A DNA stretch of 32,852 bases from a virus (Duplodnaviria; Caudoviricetes), in IMG/VR virus record IMGVR_UViG_3300048578_000420, positions 1 to 32,852 of that record, one strand, 5' to 3'. The position numbers and the translations under genes were made by a program. Positions 18,168 through 26,357 of the stretch are shown one piece after another. How positions within the stretch are numbered: position 1 is the first letter of the stretch; the number at the start of each line of letters is the position of its first letter. The notes beneath the pieces are model-generated. The model was given only the letters and a program-made list of their open reading frames with translations. It did no database searches and was not told the origin of the DNA.

Positions 18168-18446
18168 TTTGATAAAACAGTTAAGGTTATTAATTCAGAA
18201 ATAAAGAGGGTGCGAATCCCTTTAAATCATACGTAAATATAGTAAATATCAGCGAGTTAACCAAAAAAACACAGTGCTATTTTACATGTTTTCGAACAAA
18301 AAACGCATTATTTTTTTGTGTATCAGGTTTTTAAATGAGGTCAAGGGGAAATTATTTCCCTTTGTCTGCGAGTTGACCCCGCCCCCGCCCTGTCCTGAGA
18401 GTGTAGCTACACTCTTTTTTTCCTATTGTTATATGAAATGGGGTAC

Positions 18447-18474
18447 AAAAAAAGCCCCTCGAAAATCGAGAGGC
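18447..18474 (-). terminator. Intrinsic terminator of the terminase operon
   Basis: Minus strand GCCTCTCGA-TTT-TCGAGGGGC followed by T7. Confidence 0.75.
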
Positions 18475-18514
18475 CTCTCTATAGCGGATCGCCTGTGCGA
18501 TACCTCTTTTGATA

Positions 18515-20134
18515 CTAATACGTTGACAAAGGGATGAAGTATGAGCTCGCAGGATACTTATTGGCACCTACCCACAAAGTATCCCAGGCATCAGTGATAT
18601 GTGTCTTTGTTTCATCAGGCTTTTCGGGTGTGTCTTCTTCTTTCTCTGCACTCTTATCTTTTTGAAATCCATTTCTATCTATCTTAACACCAGTTGTTTG
18701 CATGGCTAGTAATAGATATTCGTTGTTGTGCTTGTTGAATGTCGGGAATAAATATTCTGGATCTCCTGCTAATGACTTGTTAATGATCTCATGCTTAACA
18801 TCATGGCGCATTGGGTTGCCTATATACTTCATGTCAACATTAAATCCGAATGTTGTAAGAACCTTCTTTACTGTCTCACAAAACGAATCTTCCTCTTGAG
18901 CGTCTTCAGCAATAGCAGTACTATCATAGTAATATATCACATCTCTATTAGGGAAGTGCAAGTAATACTTACAGAACGATTCGCATACATCTTTAAGTTT
19001 CTTAGGAGTCTTGACAAAGAAGCTGTTAACTGTCCTTAATTCACGTCCTACTGTTTGCCCTACTACCATTGTGTTAATGGCTGCATTGTAGTCATTTGCA
19101 ATCATTAATGGCTTATCTGGCATAAGATCACCATCCCATTGGCAATCCTGTTCTTTACTTCGTGCTAAGTCGTAATCAAGTGATTCTAAATAAGATATAT
19201 TACTATTAGGTTCGTAATAGTGAATAGACTCATTAAGTGAAGAATAAAAGCCGTTTGCTACTTTCTTTAATCGGTGGTTTAATACTGAGGTTCTGAATAT
19301 TAACGGCGGCAATGTTCTCTTTAGGTTGGCAAAGTATTTCTCGCCTAATTTCTCGGCATTCTCAAATGCGTCAAATTCTTCGTAGTATATAGCATTTGAC
19401 CTGAATAATTGAAGATCTTCTTCTAATGACCTTATTTTCTCAGTGAAATATAAGCTACCTGTTGAACGCTCATTTAGTTCATATATCTCATTGTAAGTTG
19501 CTTTAATGCAGGATATAAGTTCTTTGTCCATCATTTCCTCATATTTAAGGATCCAAGATCCTTCTTGAGTGGTTGGCATATCAGTAGAGTAATGTTCTGA
19601 ATGATGCCAAGGGCAATCAAACAATCCTTCATTACCACGATTGGCTTGCTTTACTTCATTTGTTAGTTTTGTATGATTGATAAATTTAGCTTCAAAGCCC
19701 ATAATCCAGTCAAGCGACATAGAGTTAGCCGACATTCCACGCTCAAATGATAAGAAATTTACAATAGTACCATTAAACCAGTACATGCAACCACTGTAAT
19801 CAAACGGTTCAGTGTAAGGCTTTGCATAGTTTAGCTTTTTATCGGGTTTCTTCCCAATCACATAATGAATGTCGCGATGATAGCCTAAACGCGACAATCC
19901 GGCGCATACTGCAGGCAAAGTGTTTTTAAGGAGCTTCGTGTAACTGGGGGTAACTAAGCCGCCCATCGAGCGCGGCATACTGAATACATTCCTTAGCAAA
20001 ATATTACAATCAATGCCTTCGCTCTTCCCAATACCACGCGCGCCTACAATTGTGCTTATGTTAGCGTTTATAATAAAACAAGGCATTATCTGTGCCTTGT
20101 TAAACCATATCTTATTGACTTCTGAGCTATTCAT
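18515..20134 (-). CDS. terL: Terminase large subunit
   Basis: Walker A GARGIGKS near the N-terminus. C-terminal RNase H-like acidic motifs ANDYN, YYDST and HITDAWD. 539 aa. Confidence 0.85.
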   Translation of the reverse strand: MNSSEVNKIWFNKAQIMPCFIINANISTIVGARGIGKSEGIDCNILLRNVFSMPRSMGGLVTPSYTKLLKNTLPAVCAGLSRLGYHRDIHYVIGKKPDKKLNYAKPYTEPFDYSGCMYWFNGTIVNFLSFERGMSANSMSLDWIMGFEAKFINHTKLTNEVKQANRGNEGLFDCPWHHSEHYSTDMPTTQEGSWILKYEEMMDKELISCIKATYNEIYELNERSTGSLYFTEKIRSLEEDLQLFRSNAIYYEEFDAFENAEKLGEKYFANLKRTLPPLIFRTSVLNHRLKKVANGFYSSLNESIHYYEPNSNISYLESLDYDLARSKEQDCQWDGDLMPDKPLMIANDYNAAINTMVVGQTVGRELRTVNSFFVKTPKKLKDVCESFCKYYLHFPNRDVIYYYDSTAIAEDAQEEDSFCETVKKVLTTFGFNVDMKYIGNPMRHDVKHEIINKSLAGDPEYLFPTFNKHNNEYLLLAMQTTGVKIDRNGFQKDKSAEKEEDTPEKPDETKTHITDAWDTLWVGANKYPASSYFIPLSTY

Positions 20135-20702
20135 TCTCTACAATTTTAGCATCATCAATCTGACCATATTTTTTGCGCATTTTTTCACGCCATCCATTCA
20201 GATCTTCAGGTCCTTTAAAGTTTGGTTCTACCTCACGAATATTAACAACAGGCTTCCATTCCTGTACATATACTTTGCTCCAGTCAATTTCTTCAGGATC
20301 GTTCTGATCTAGCCTGAAGTACTTGCCTAATTTGTCAATTGCTAAAATGAAATTCTTCCAATCACCTCGTTCTTCAGTAGCATTTAATGCTTTTTTTGAG
20401 GCTTCAAAAACCATATAACGAACAAATTCTTTTGATGCCGATTTAACGTTAGATAATAGCAGTTTTATTTTAGCTAGGTCACGATAAGCTTGCGATCGGT
20501 CGATGTCGTAGTGAGAAGTGAGGTAATTAATCCATTCCTTATCTTCGTTCCACGGCTTTTCTAACATTTGCGAATACACATCAAAATAGCGTTGATACAA
20601 CACCGATTCTTCAGGCGTAAAGACAACATCTTTATCACCTTTAAAGAGATGAGCGTTGATTTTTTCGGCTAGCGTCAAACGTCCACGGTCGCGATCGTTC
20701 AT
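20127..20702 (-). CDS. Putative terminase small subunit
   Basis: Overlaps the terL start. HTH-like segment IDRSQAYRDL. Helical. Confidence 0.55.
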   Translation of the reverse strand: MNDRDRGRLTLAEKINAHLFKGDKDVVFTPEESVLYQRYFDVYSQMLEKPWNEDKEWINYLTSHYDIDRSQAYRDLAKIKLLLSNVKSASKEFVRYMVFEASKKALNATEERGDWKNFILAIDKLGKYFRLDQNDPEEIDWSKVYVQEWKPVVNIREVEPNFKGPEDLNGWREKMRKKYGQIDDAKIVENE

Positions 20703-20968
20703 TTTATTAAGTCGTTAAAGATTTGTTCAGCTAAAGGAGAGCCTCGTTTTGCATTCTTCAATAGGTTTTCACGCAACACCATTTTTGTTTCCATTTTACC
20801 CCTCATATACATCATGTGTGCGTTTGTATGTTTATTGTTTAAGTCCGATTCAACTTGGTTTATGTCTAACTCAAGTACATATCCGACTTCATTAGGTCGT
20901 AAAAGAAGCTCGCCACATTTTCTAATTGTATTAAGCTGTTCCTCATTATATATCATATTCGTAAACAA
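20699..20968 (-). CDS. Small HTH-like packaging-region protein
   Basis: PNEVGYVLELD...YMRGK...AKRGSPLA. Coupled to its neighbours. Confidence 0.5.
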   Translation of the reverse strand: MFTNMIYNEEQLNTIRKCGELLLRPNEVGYVLELDINQVESDLNNKHTNAHMMYMRGKMETKMVLRENLLKNAKRGSPLAEQIFNDLIK

Positions 20969-21434
20969 CGGCTTTTGAAAAGATCTCTTGAAAACAATCA
21001 GCGTAATAATTATAATCTGAAGTAATGCTTGTAATTACACCTGCTTCTGTACGTTTATTAGGGGTGAAATTGGCGCTTGAATTGATCGCAACAGACCAAT
21101 TGTTATTTTTGATTAAAATAAGCTTCATATGGTTCTCTGAGAGCCGTATGTTTGATATTGATGCGCAATAAGTAAGTAGATCAAATTTTGTTCGTCTGCA
21201 ACTTTTATCAAATAAGCAATTAAGCGTAATTATCTTTTGTTCGTCAATAAGTTGAGCGAAGCTGCGTATAGCAACTTCGCTCAACGCAAATGAAGATATT
21301 TGAACATGTGCGCTACCGGTCTGTTTTAAAACATATTCAAGAAGCTCGTGTAAACTCCATGAACCATCGGTTACAAAGTGTCTGTTTTCCGATTGTTTTA
21401 AAATGCCTATTTCATTAATTAATGATTTATTCAT
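20946..21434 (-). CDS. Phospholipase D-fold (nuclease-like) protein
   Basis: NHMKLILI (HxK) plus SSANFT and a downstream E. Single domain. Confidence 0.7.
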   Translation of the reverse strand: MNKSLINEIGILKQSENRHFVTDGSWSLHELLEYVLKQTGSAHVQISSFALSEVAIRSFAQLIDEQKIITLNCLFDKSCRRTKFDLLTYCASISNIRLSENHMKLILIKNNNWSVAINSSANFTPNKRTEAGVITSITSDYNYYADCFQEIFSKAVVYEYDI

Positions 21435-22155
21435 CTATTTTGAGTGTTATTCGCAAATGTTCTAGCTCCTTTTTCATGTCTTCAATTTTAGATTGAAGTT
21501 CCTTGTACTTAGTGCTTTCTTTATCCTCAATATTTTCAAGTTTTCTTGTGTCGCGAGGTATGTATATGGTGAGATTGTCAGCACGTCGTTTCATTCGCAA
21601 GACATTCAACGCGTCGGTTTCTTCAGCTGTTTTGGGTTTCCAGTTCGTAGGATTTTTGATAAATTCATTTATTTTCTTCCAACCTGCAATGATAAAGTCT
21701 TCCGTTTTAATTAGTTCTTTGCGAAACATTGCGCGTTTTTCCTCAGACTCGGCACGCTTCATATTGGCGTGTAATGTTTTTAACTCGTCTTGTCCGGCTT
21801 TGTTGCTTTCAAAAACTATTTGTAATTCTTTTGGCAACGAGTCAACGTTTATATGCTGATTAAATGTAGTACTTACAATGCCAGGCGTTGGTGTTGCACC
21901 AATCGGTTTGTGAGTAATAGGAGGGAGTTCAGGTTTTTTTACTTCTTCAGTTTCAATGCTATCAACTAACCATCTGTGTTGTATAGTTAATTGAGATCTG
22001 AGCATGTTGTGATGTAAAGATTTAGGTCGAGATCCTTTTCCCGATTCTAAAAATTTATCGTACTCGGTATTTCTTTTTGTTTTGTGATATAATGCTAAGC
22101 CATCATCGTAATCAGAATTTGGGTTGGCCAGCCAATTTTTTACTGCATTTTTCAT
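21427..22155 (-). CDS. Hypothetical coiled-coil protein, first gene of the packaging operon
   Basis: 242-aa ORF with N-terminal WL...DYDDGLALY and a helical C-terminus. Confidence 0.65.
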   Translation of the reverse strand: MKNAVKNWLANPNSDYDDGLALYHKTKRNTEYDKFLESGKGSRPKSLHHNMLRSQLTIQHRWLVDSIETEEVKKPELPPITHKPIGATPTPGIVSTTFNQHINVDSLPKELQIVFESNKAGQDELKTLHANMKRAESEEKRAMFRKELIKTEDFIIAGWKKINEFIKNPTNWKPKTAEETDALNVLRMKRRADNLTIYIPRDTRKLENIEDKESTKYKELQSKIEDMKKELEHLRITLKIDE

Positions 22156-22177
22156 GGTCGTTTATTGTTTTGTTTAA

Positions 22178-22211
22178 TAAAAGTATTTATTGATTATTCT
22201 GATTCGGGGAC
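22178..22211 (-). promoter_or_regulatory. Putative late promoter copy E (packaging operon)
   Basis: GTCCC-N21-TACTTTTA, embedded in the 3' end of the glycosyltransferase gene. Confidence 0.5.
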
Positions 22212-22918
22212 TCGCTTGTGTTGAGTTTCCAATCAATTGTATTAACTACTTGTGTTTGAAATTCATCGTTCTTATTCAAGTAGTTGTGTATAGAATATCG
22301 GTCATCGTGCTGTTTTGCTATTGTAAAATCACCTGCATCGTGAGCTCTTATTAGTATCGGAATTTCATTTTGCTGCAGAAACATTGAGAAGTATATGTCA
22401 GTCATATTGATATATGGGAATATATCTAACTCAAAAAAAGGCACGGTATCGGTATGAAAAGTCATCGCTCCGGTACCTAACTCATGCGCAAACTTATCTT
22501 TGCACTGCTGCATCAATACGCCGTAAAAAGCCTCGCAATCGTTGTAATAGCTCGTTGTTTTTGGCTTCATTAGTCTTCCGTGACAACTTACTACCACTTC
22601 CCTGTTATGTCGCTCAATTGTCTTTATTTGAAGCTCTGCGTGATTCTTCGGATATACAATTTTATCGTCTATGGTAAAATGATAGCCGCGTTCCCAATTT
22701 TCGCAATTATAAAACTTACCAACATCGCCCAAATTGCCGTTTTCCTGCTGGCTTCGGTAAATCTTTATTTTGCTATTATTCAGATAATTAGGAGTGTGAC
22801 TCCATTCATTCATGTACACATGAATTTCATCCGCTTGGTTTATAACAGAGTCCAATACTTCTTTCAAAGCGGCTTCTCTTTGAGGAATCGTTGCTATGTG
22901 AAATATTCTTTTATCCAT
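22187..22918 (-). CDS. GT-A fold (GT2-like) glycosyltransferase
   Basis: IATIPQRE..LKEVLDSVINQAD, GDVGKF, FTIDDKIVYP, LGTG and NMTDIYFS motifs. Confidence 0.8.
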   Translation of the reverse strand: MDKRIFHIATIPQREAALKEVLDSVINQADEIHVYMNEWSHTPNYLNNSKIKIYRSQQENGNLGDVGKFYNCENWERGYHFTIDDKIVYPKNHAELQIKTIERHNREVVVSCHGRLMKPKTTSYYNDCEAFYGVLMQQCKDKFAHELGTGAMTFHTDTVPFFELDIFPYINMTDIYFSMFLQQNEIPILIRAHDAGDFTIAKQHDDRYSIHNYLNKNDEFQTQVVNTIDWKLNTSESPNQNNQ

Positions 22919-22935
22919 TTTTTAAGTTTTATAAA

Positions 22936-22961
22936 AAAAGCCAGGTATTATCCTGGCTTTT
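22936..22961 (-). terminator. Intrinsic terminator of the capsid operon
   Basis: AAAAGCCAGG-TATTAT-CCTGGCTTTT. Confidence 0.8.
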
Positions 22962-22990
22962 CAAACTACTAACTAAACGACTACAAAAAA

Positions 22991-23182
22991 CTACTCTTTT
23001 GTCGTAGATGGCTTTTTTGCTTCAGGAACTAATTCAATAAATGGACACCCTTGATCGAATAATTTCTGAGCTCTATCGTCATCAATACTTTCTAACTGTA
23101 TATTTTCAGATCTCTGCGTTTCTGGATTGTAAATATTTACTTGCCCTGGCGAACGAAGACCTTTTAGCCTGAATTTTTGCAT
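22991..23182 (-). CDS. Small hypothetical protein (63 aa) at the end of the capsid operon
   Basis: ORF fills the gap and sits 6 nt after the preceding gene. Confidence 0.65.
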   Translation of the reverse strand: MQKFRLKGLRSPGQVNIYNPETQRSENIQLESIDDDRAQKLFDQGCPFIELVPEAKKPSTTKE

Positions 23183-23188
23183 AATATA

Positions 23189-23902
23189 TTAGGTTAATGC
23201 GGGTAAAGTTCCTGTCGAAATTGGTATTGCGCCGGAATAATAGCCGGCAGGAGCATTACAAACTTCCTGCGAAACCTCAAGCTGCATGGTTGTTCCACTT
23301 GTGCCTTTATCACCTGTCGTAAAATCGAGTTTATCTATTCCTGCAGGATGCGTTGGCGAACCTATAATTTTTCGATCGCCATTGTTGTCAATGAAGACAA
23401 AAACAAAATCGCCATTTTTCGCAATACGCCCGAAATCGGTTGTTTTGCGAGCCCAGCTTGGATAAGTCAATGATCCTGTAGGCTTATAGCTTTTGGTCTT
23501 GGCTTCTCCCTGTAATTTAGAATCGACTTTAACCGATCCTGACACTCCGTATATAGGTAAAAATGTTTTGCCTGCAACCAGTGTCAATGTGCCGACTAAT
23601 TCTCCTGTTGTCAACGATAATGTTGGAAACGTTAAAATATCGGAGGTTGGTGCATAGTAGGCAATAACCTCACATCCTGCGGCATTGTCAACCGGGTTAT
23701 CCCAAACCAGAGGTGTAAAGGTTGTGAACAAAACACCCTTTACTTGAGGGATAAACGAAGCCCCAAATAAAAGAGCTGAAAAAAGGAACGGAGCAACAGT
23801 GCTGATTTTTACAAGTCCCGTTGCATATGCTATTGCGTTTCCTGCATAACAAGCTATAATTAACGCTGATAGCACAAAAAGAATTTGCTTTAATTTTTTC
23901 AC
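23189..23902 (-). CDS. Tail-tube-like major structural protein with N-terminal hydrophobic helices (probable GTG start at 23902)
   Basis: Beta-rich body with motifs DNAAG, LQGE and FVFVFIDNNGDRKIIGSPTHPA. The upstream ATGs lie inside a hairpin. Confidence 0.6.
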   Translation of the reverse strand: MKKLKQILFVLSALIIACYAGNAIAYATGLVKISTVAPFLFSALLFGASFIPQVKGVLFTTFTPLVWDNPVDNAAGCEVIAYYAPTSDILTFPTLSLTTGELVGTLTLVAGKTFLPIYGVSGSVKVDSKLQGEAKTKSYKPTGSLTYPSWARKTTDFGRIAKNGDFVFVFIDNNGDRKIIGSPTHPAGIDKLDFTTGDKGTSGTTMQLEVSQEVCNAPAGYYSGAIPISTGTLPALT

Positions 23903-23918
23903 GTTATAATTTTTTAAA

Positions 23919-23952
23919 GAGGTAGAATGCGCATTAAGCATCATTCTACCTC
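23919..23952 (-). terminator. Hairpin after the major capsid gene (attenuator or mRNA stabiliser)
   Basis: GAGGTAGAATG...CATTCTACCTC, an 11-bp perfect stem. Confidence 0.6.
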
Positions 23953-23972
23953 ACAGGGTTTGGGTTAAAGGT

Positions 23973-25001
23973 TTAGCTCACGTAGTCACCGCTCATTTCA
24001 GTTGCGGTGTTGGTTCCTGCATTGATTAAGAATACCTTTTCGTGAAACGAACGAATACGAGTACCTTGGTCGCTTTGCATCCAGAATTGAATCAAATTAG
24101 GGTTTTCCCATGGGTTGCGAATCTGAACAAATTCAGTATCACTCAGGTTGTTAAATCCGAAATCGAAATTACCCGGTACCGAAAGGTGAATACGATCTCC
24201 TGCACCCATCGATGCATCACTAATGATTGAAAGGTTTTGCAACCCTGATTTATCTTTCAGTTTTGCAAGGAAATCAACATCATTGCCTCTATGCGAATAC
24301 TTGTTTTCGCAAGCATCTTTAGCGTTATTCAACGTTTCGGGGGTAATACGAAGATCAACAGGACCTCTTAGTCTTTTATTATACCTTAAGAAATCAACAA
24401 GGTGGTCAAAAGCAGAGGTGTCAGCATCAGATGTAGGGGCGTTTAAATCACCACAATCAAAAAAGTTTCCGTTTTCAATAGATATGAGTCCGGCTGCAAT
24501 TGCAGTATCTATCTTCTTATCAAATCCATCAAAAGCATCAAGAGGCGAATGTCCATTTTTGTTGCGAACACCAGGAAACAAACAGTCCATAATATCTTCA
24601 CCATAGGTTTTGATTTTTTCGGCCATTATCATGGTTTGATAAGGATGCTCTTTGGTTTTGTTATTCGCAATTGAGCCTTTGCTTGGCACAATTTTCTTTT
24701 CTTCATACGATTTAATATCGTCCTGAAGCGAAGCATAACTGGTTTCGAGTCGTAATACAGATTCTACTGTCTTACCAATTTCTTTGTAAGAAATGGTTTG
24801 ATCTTTAGAATACGGCGCTAAAATTCCTCTTTTACGCAAGAAGGTTATAACGCTATCTTCTTTGTCATCTTGCTGATAAAAAGTGATGCCTAATGCGGCA
24901 AGTCTCTCTCTTAAAACAAGATAAGGAAGGTATTTTAAGTCGGTTTGATAGTTTTTTGCTAAGATAACCAACGATTCAAGGGTAATTGTATTTGTTGCCA
25001 T
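23973..25001 (-). CDS. Major capsid protein
   Basis: 342 aa, directly after protease and scaffold. Contains a DAFDGFDKKI motif. Confidence 0.75.
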   Translation of the reverse strand: MATNTITLESLVILAKNYQTDLKYLPYLVLRERLAALGITFYQQDDKEDSVITFLRKRGILAPYSKDQTISYKEIGKTVESVLRLETSYASLQDDIKSYEEKKIVPSKGSIANNKTKEHPYQTMIMAEKIKTYGEDIMDCLFPGVRNKNGHSPLDAFDGFDKKIDTAIAAGLISIENGNFFDCGDLNAPTSDADTSAFDHLVDFLRYNKRLRGPVDLRITPETLNNAKDACENKYSHRGNDVDFLAKLKDKSGLQNLSIISDASMGAGDRIHLSVPGNFDFGFNNLSDTEFVQIRNPWENPNLIQFWMQSDQGTRIRSFHEKVFLINAGTNTATEMSGDYVS

Positions 25002-25003
25002 TT

Positions 25004-25420
25004 TTATAATACTGATTTAAAGGCGTTTTCAACTGCATCAAGATTTTCGGCAAACGATTTAGATGCGCTTGCAACTCCTTTTTCTTGAGTTTCTGTTACT
25101 TCGGTTTCGGTGATAGCTGCAGCTCCTCTACTTCCTGCTTGTTTCTCAAGCGCTTGTACTTTTGTAGTAAGTGCCTGTTTTTCAGTTGTTAAAGTTTCTT
25201 TTTCAGTAGTCAAGGTTTTAACTTGATTTTTAAGATCAATAACTGCTTCGTCAGTATCTAAAGCATTTGTAGCTTCTTCAATTGCTTTTACTGCAGCTTC
25301 AGGAGTAAATGCAGATGCTTCTTCTACTGTCATTCCTTCAGTCATTTTTGACTGAAGATTGTCCCAATGGGCGGCTTTTGTTACAAGCTCTTTGTACTTG
25401 TCATCTTGTACGAATTTCAT
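25004..25420 (-). CDS. Scaffold-like coiled-coil protein
   Basis: Heptad repeats VKTLTTEKETLTTEKQALTTKVQALEK. Lies between protease and capsid genes. Confidence 0.6.
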   Translation of the reverse strand: MKFVQDDKYKELVTKAAHWDNLQSKMTEGMTVEEASAFTPEAAVKAIEEATNALDTDEAVIDLKNQVKTLTTEKETLTTEKQALTTKVQALEKQAGSRGAAAITETEVTETQEKGVASASKSFAENLDAVENAFKSVL

Positions 25421-25422
25421 TG

Positions 25423-26304
25423 CTAATTAATTAAGGGTTCCATCATCGAAAGGGCTTCCTCGAATGAGGCAATATCATCTATCAGACCAACATCTTTGGC
25501 TTCGTTTGCAAAATAGATCTTACCAGTTTTCCAAGATTCCGATTTTAATTTATCGGTTCGGTTTGTCGATACGAGCTCTAAAAATGCATCGTTGAATTTG
25601 TTAATGAATTTTTTTAGTTCTGTGTTATCTCCATTAATCGCATCGCGGTGCATCTTATTCTTCTCTGTCGAAGCATCGGCATATATTTCTTTTAAATCGA
25701 TGCCTTTGAGCTTGAAATATTGAGAATAATCGGCTAGTGTCACGTATGTTCCTATGCTGCCTACCTCTGCTAGTGGAGATCCTGCTACTATCAAATCGCA
25801 TGCGCTCGAAATCATATACGCTGCACTGGCCGATAAGTCGTTTTGAAATGCCATTACTGGCTTATTTCTTTGTCTTATTGTCGACTCGGCGAGCATCCCG
25901 GCATATCCTTCACCACCTCCCGAATCGACATTTAAGACTATTCCTTGTATGTTCTTATTGTTATAGCATTTTTGGAGCAACTGACATTTTGTAAGCATTC
26001 CGGATGGACCACAATCTTGATCGTACTTTGAAATTGCGCCAACAAAATCAATTATTGCAATTGAATTTTCAGGTGCGTTGTTCGGATCGCCTCGGTACCC
26101 ATAGTCCGATACAGAAAATACGTTGTGCTTAAGTGTTGCAAAACGAACGCCTTGTTTTTGTTCGTTTTGTTCGGATCCTGAACTTGTTTTTATTAAAATA
26201 GGCTGTGTTCCATTTAGCCATGCAACTATACTAGGCATATACCTTAGTGCATAGCGGCTGTCCATTGCCCATATACCTGTAAGAATGTCGTGTTGTTCGA
26301 GCAT
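25423..26304 (-). CDS. S49 (SppA/ClpP-like) prohead maturation protease
   Basis: DSGGG, SASAAYMISSACD, VGSIGT and GLIDDI motifs. Confidence 0.92.
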   Translation of the reverse strand: MLEQHDILTGIWAMDSRYALRYMPSIVAWLNGTQPILIKTSSGSEQNEQKQGVRFATLKHNVFSVSDYGYRGDPNNAPENSIAIIDFVGAISKYDQDCGPSGMLTKCQLLQKCYNNKNIQGIVLNVDSGGGEGYAGMLAESTIRQRNKPVMAFQNDLSASAAYMISSACDLIVAGSPLAEVGSIGTYVTLADYSQYFKLKGIDLKEIYADASTEKNKMHRDAINGDNTELKKFINKFNDAFLELVSTNRTDKLKSESWKTGKIYFANEAKDVGLIDDIASFEEALSMMEPLIN

Positions 26305-26323
26305 TTTGCTTTGTTTTTCAAAA

Positions 26324-26357
26324 CAAAAATGATCGAATCTTTAAAGAATTAGGGGAC
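26324..26357 (-). promoter_or_regulatory. Putative late promoter copy D (protease/capsid operon)
   Basis: GTCCC-N21-CATTTTTG, overlapping the stop codon of the upstream gene. Confidence 0.55.

Noticed and set aside
18352-18567. 71-aa ORF after terL
   Set aside because: It runs through the terminator and the G-rich site and has atypical composition, so it is more likely non-coding.
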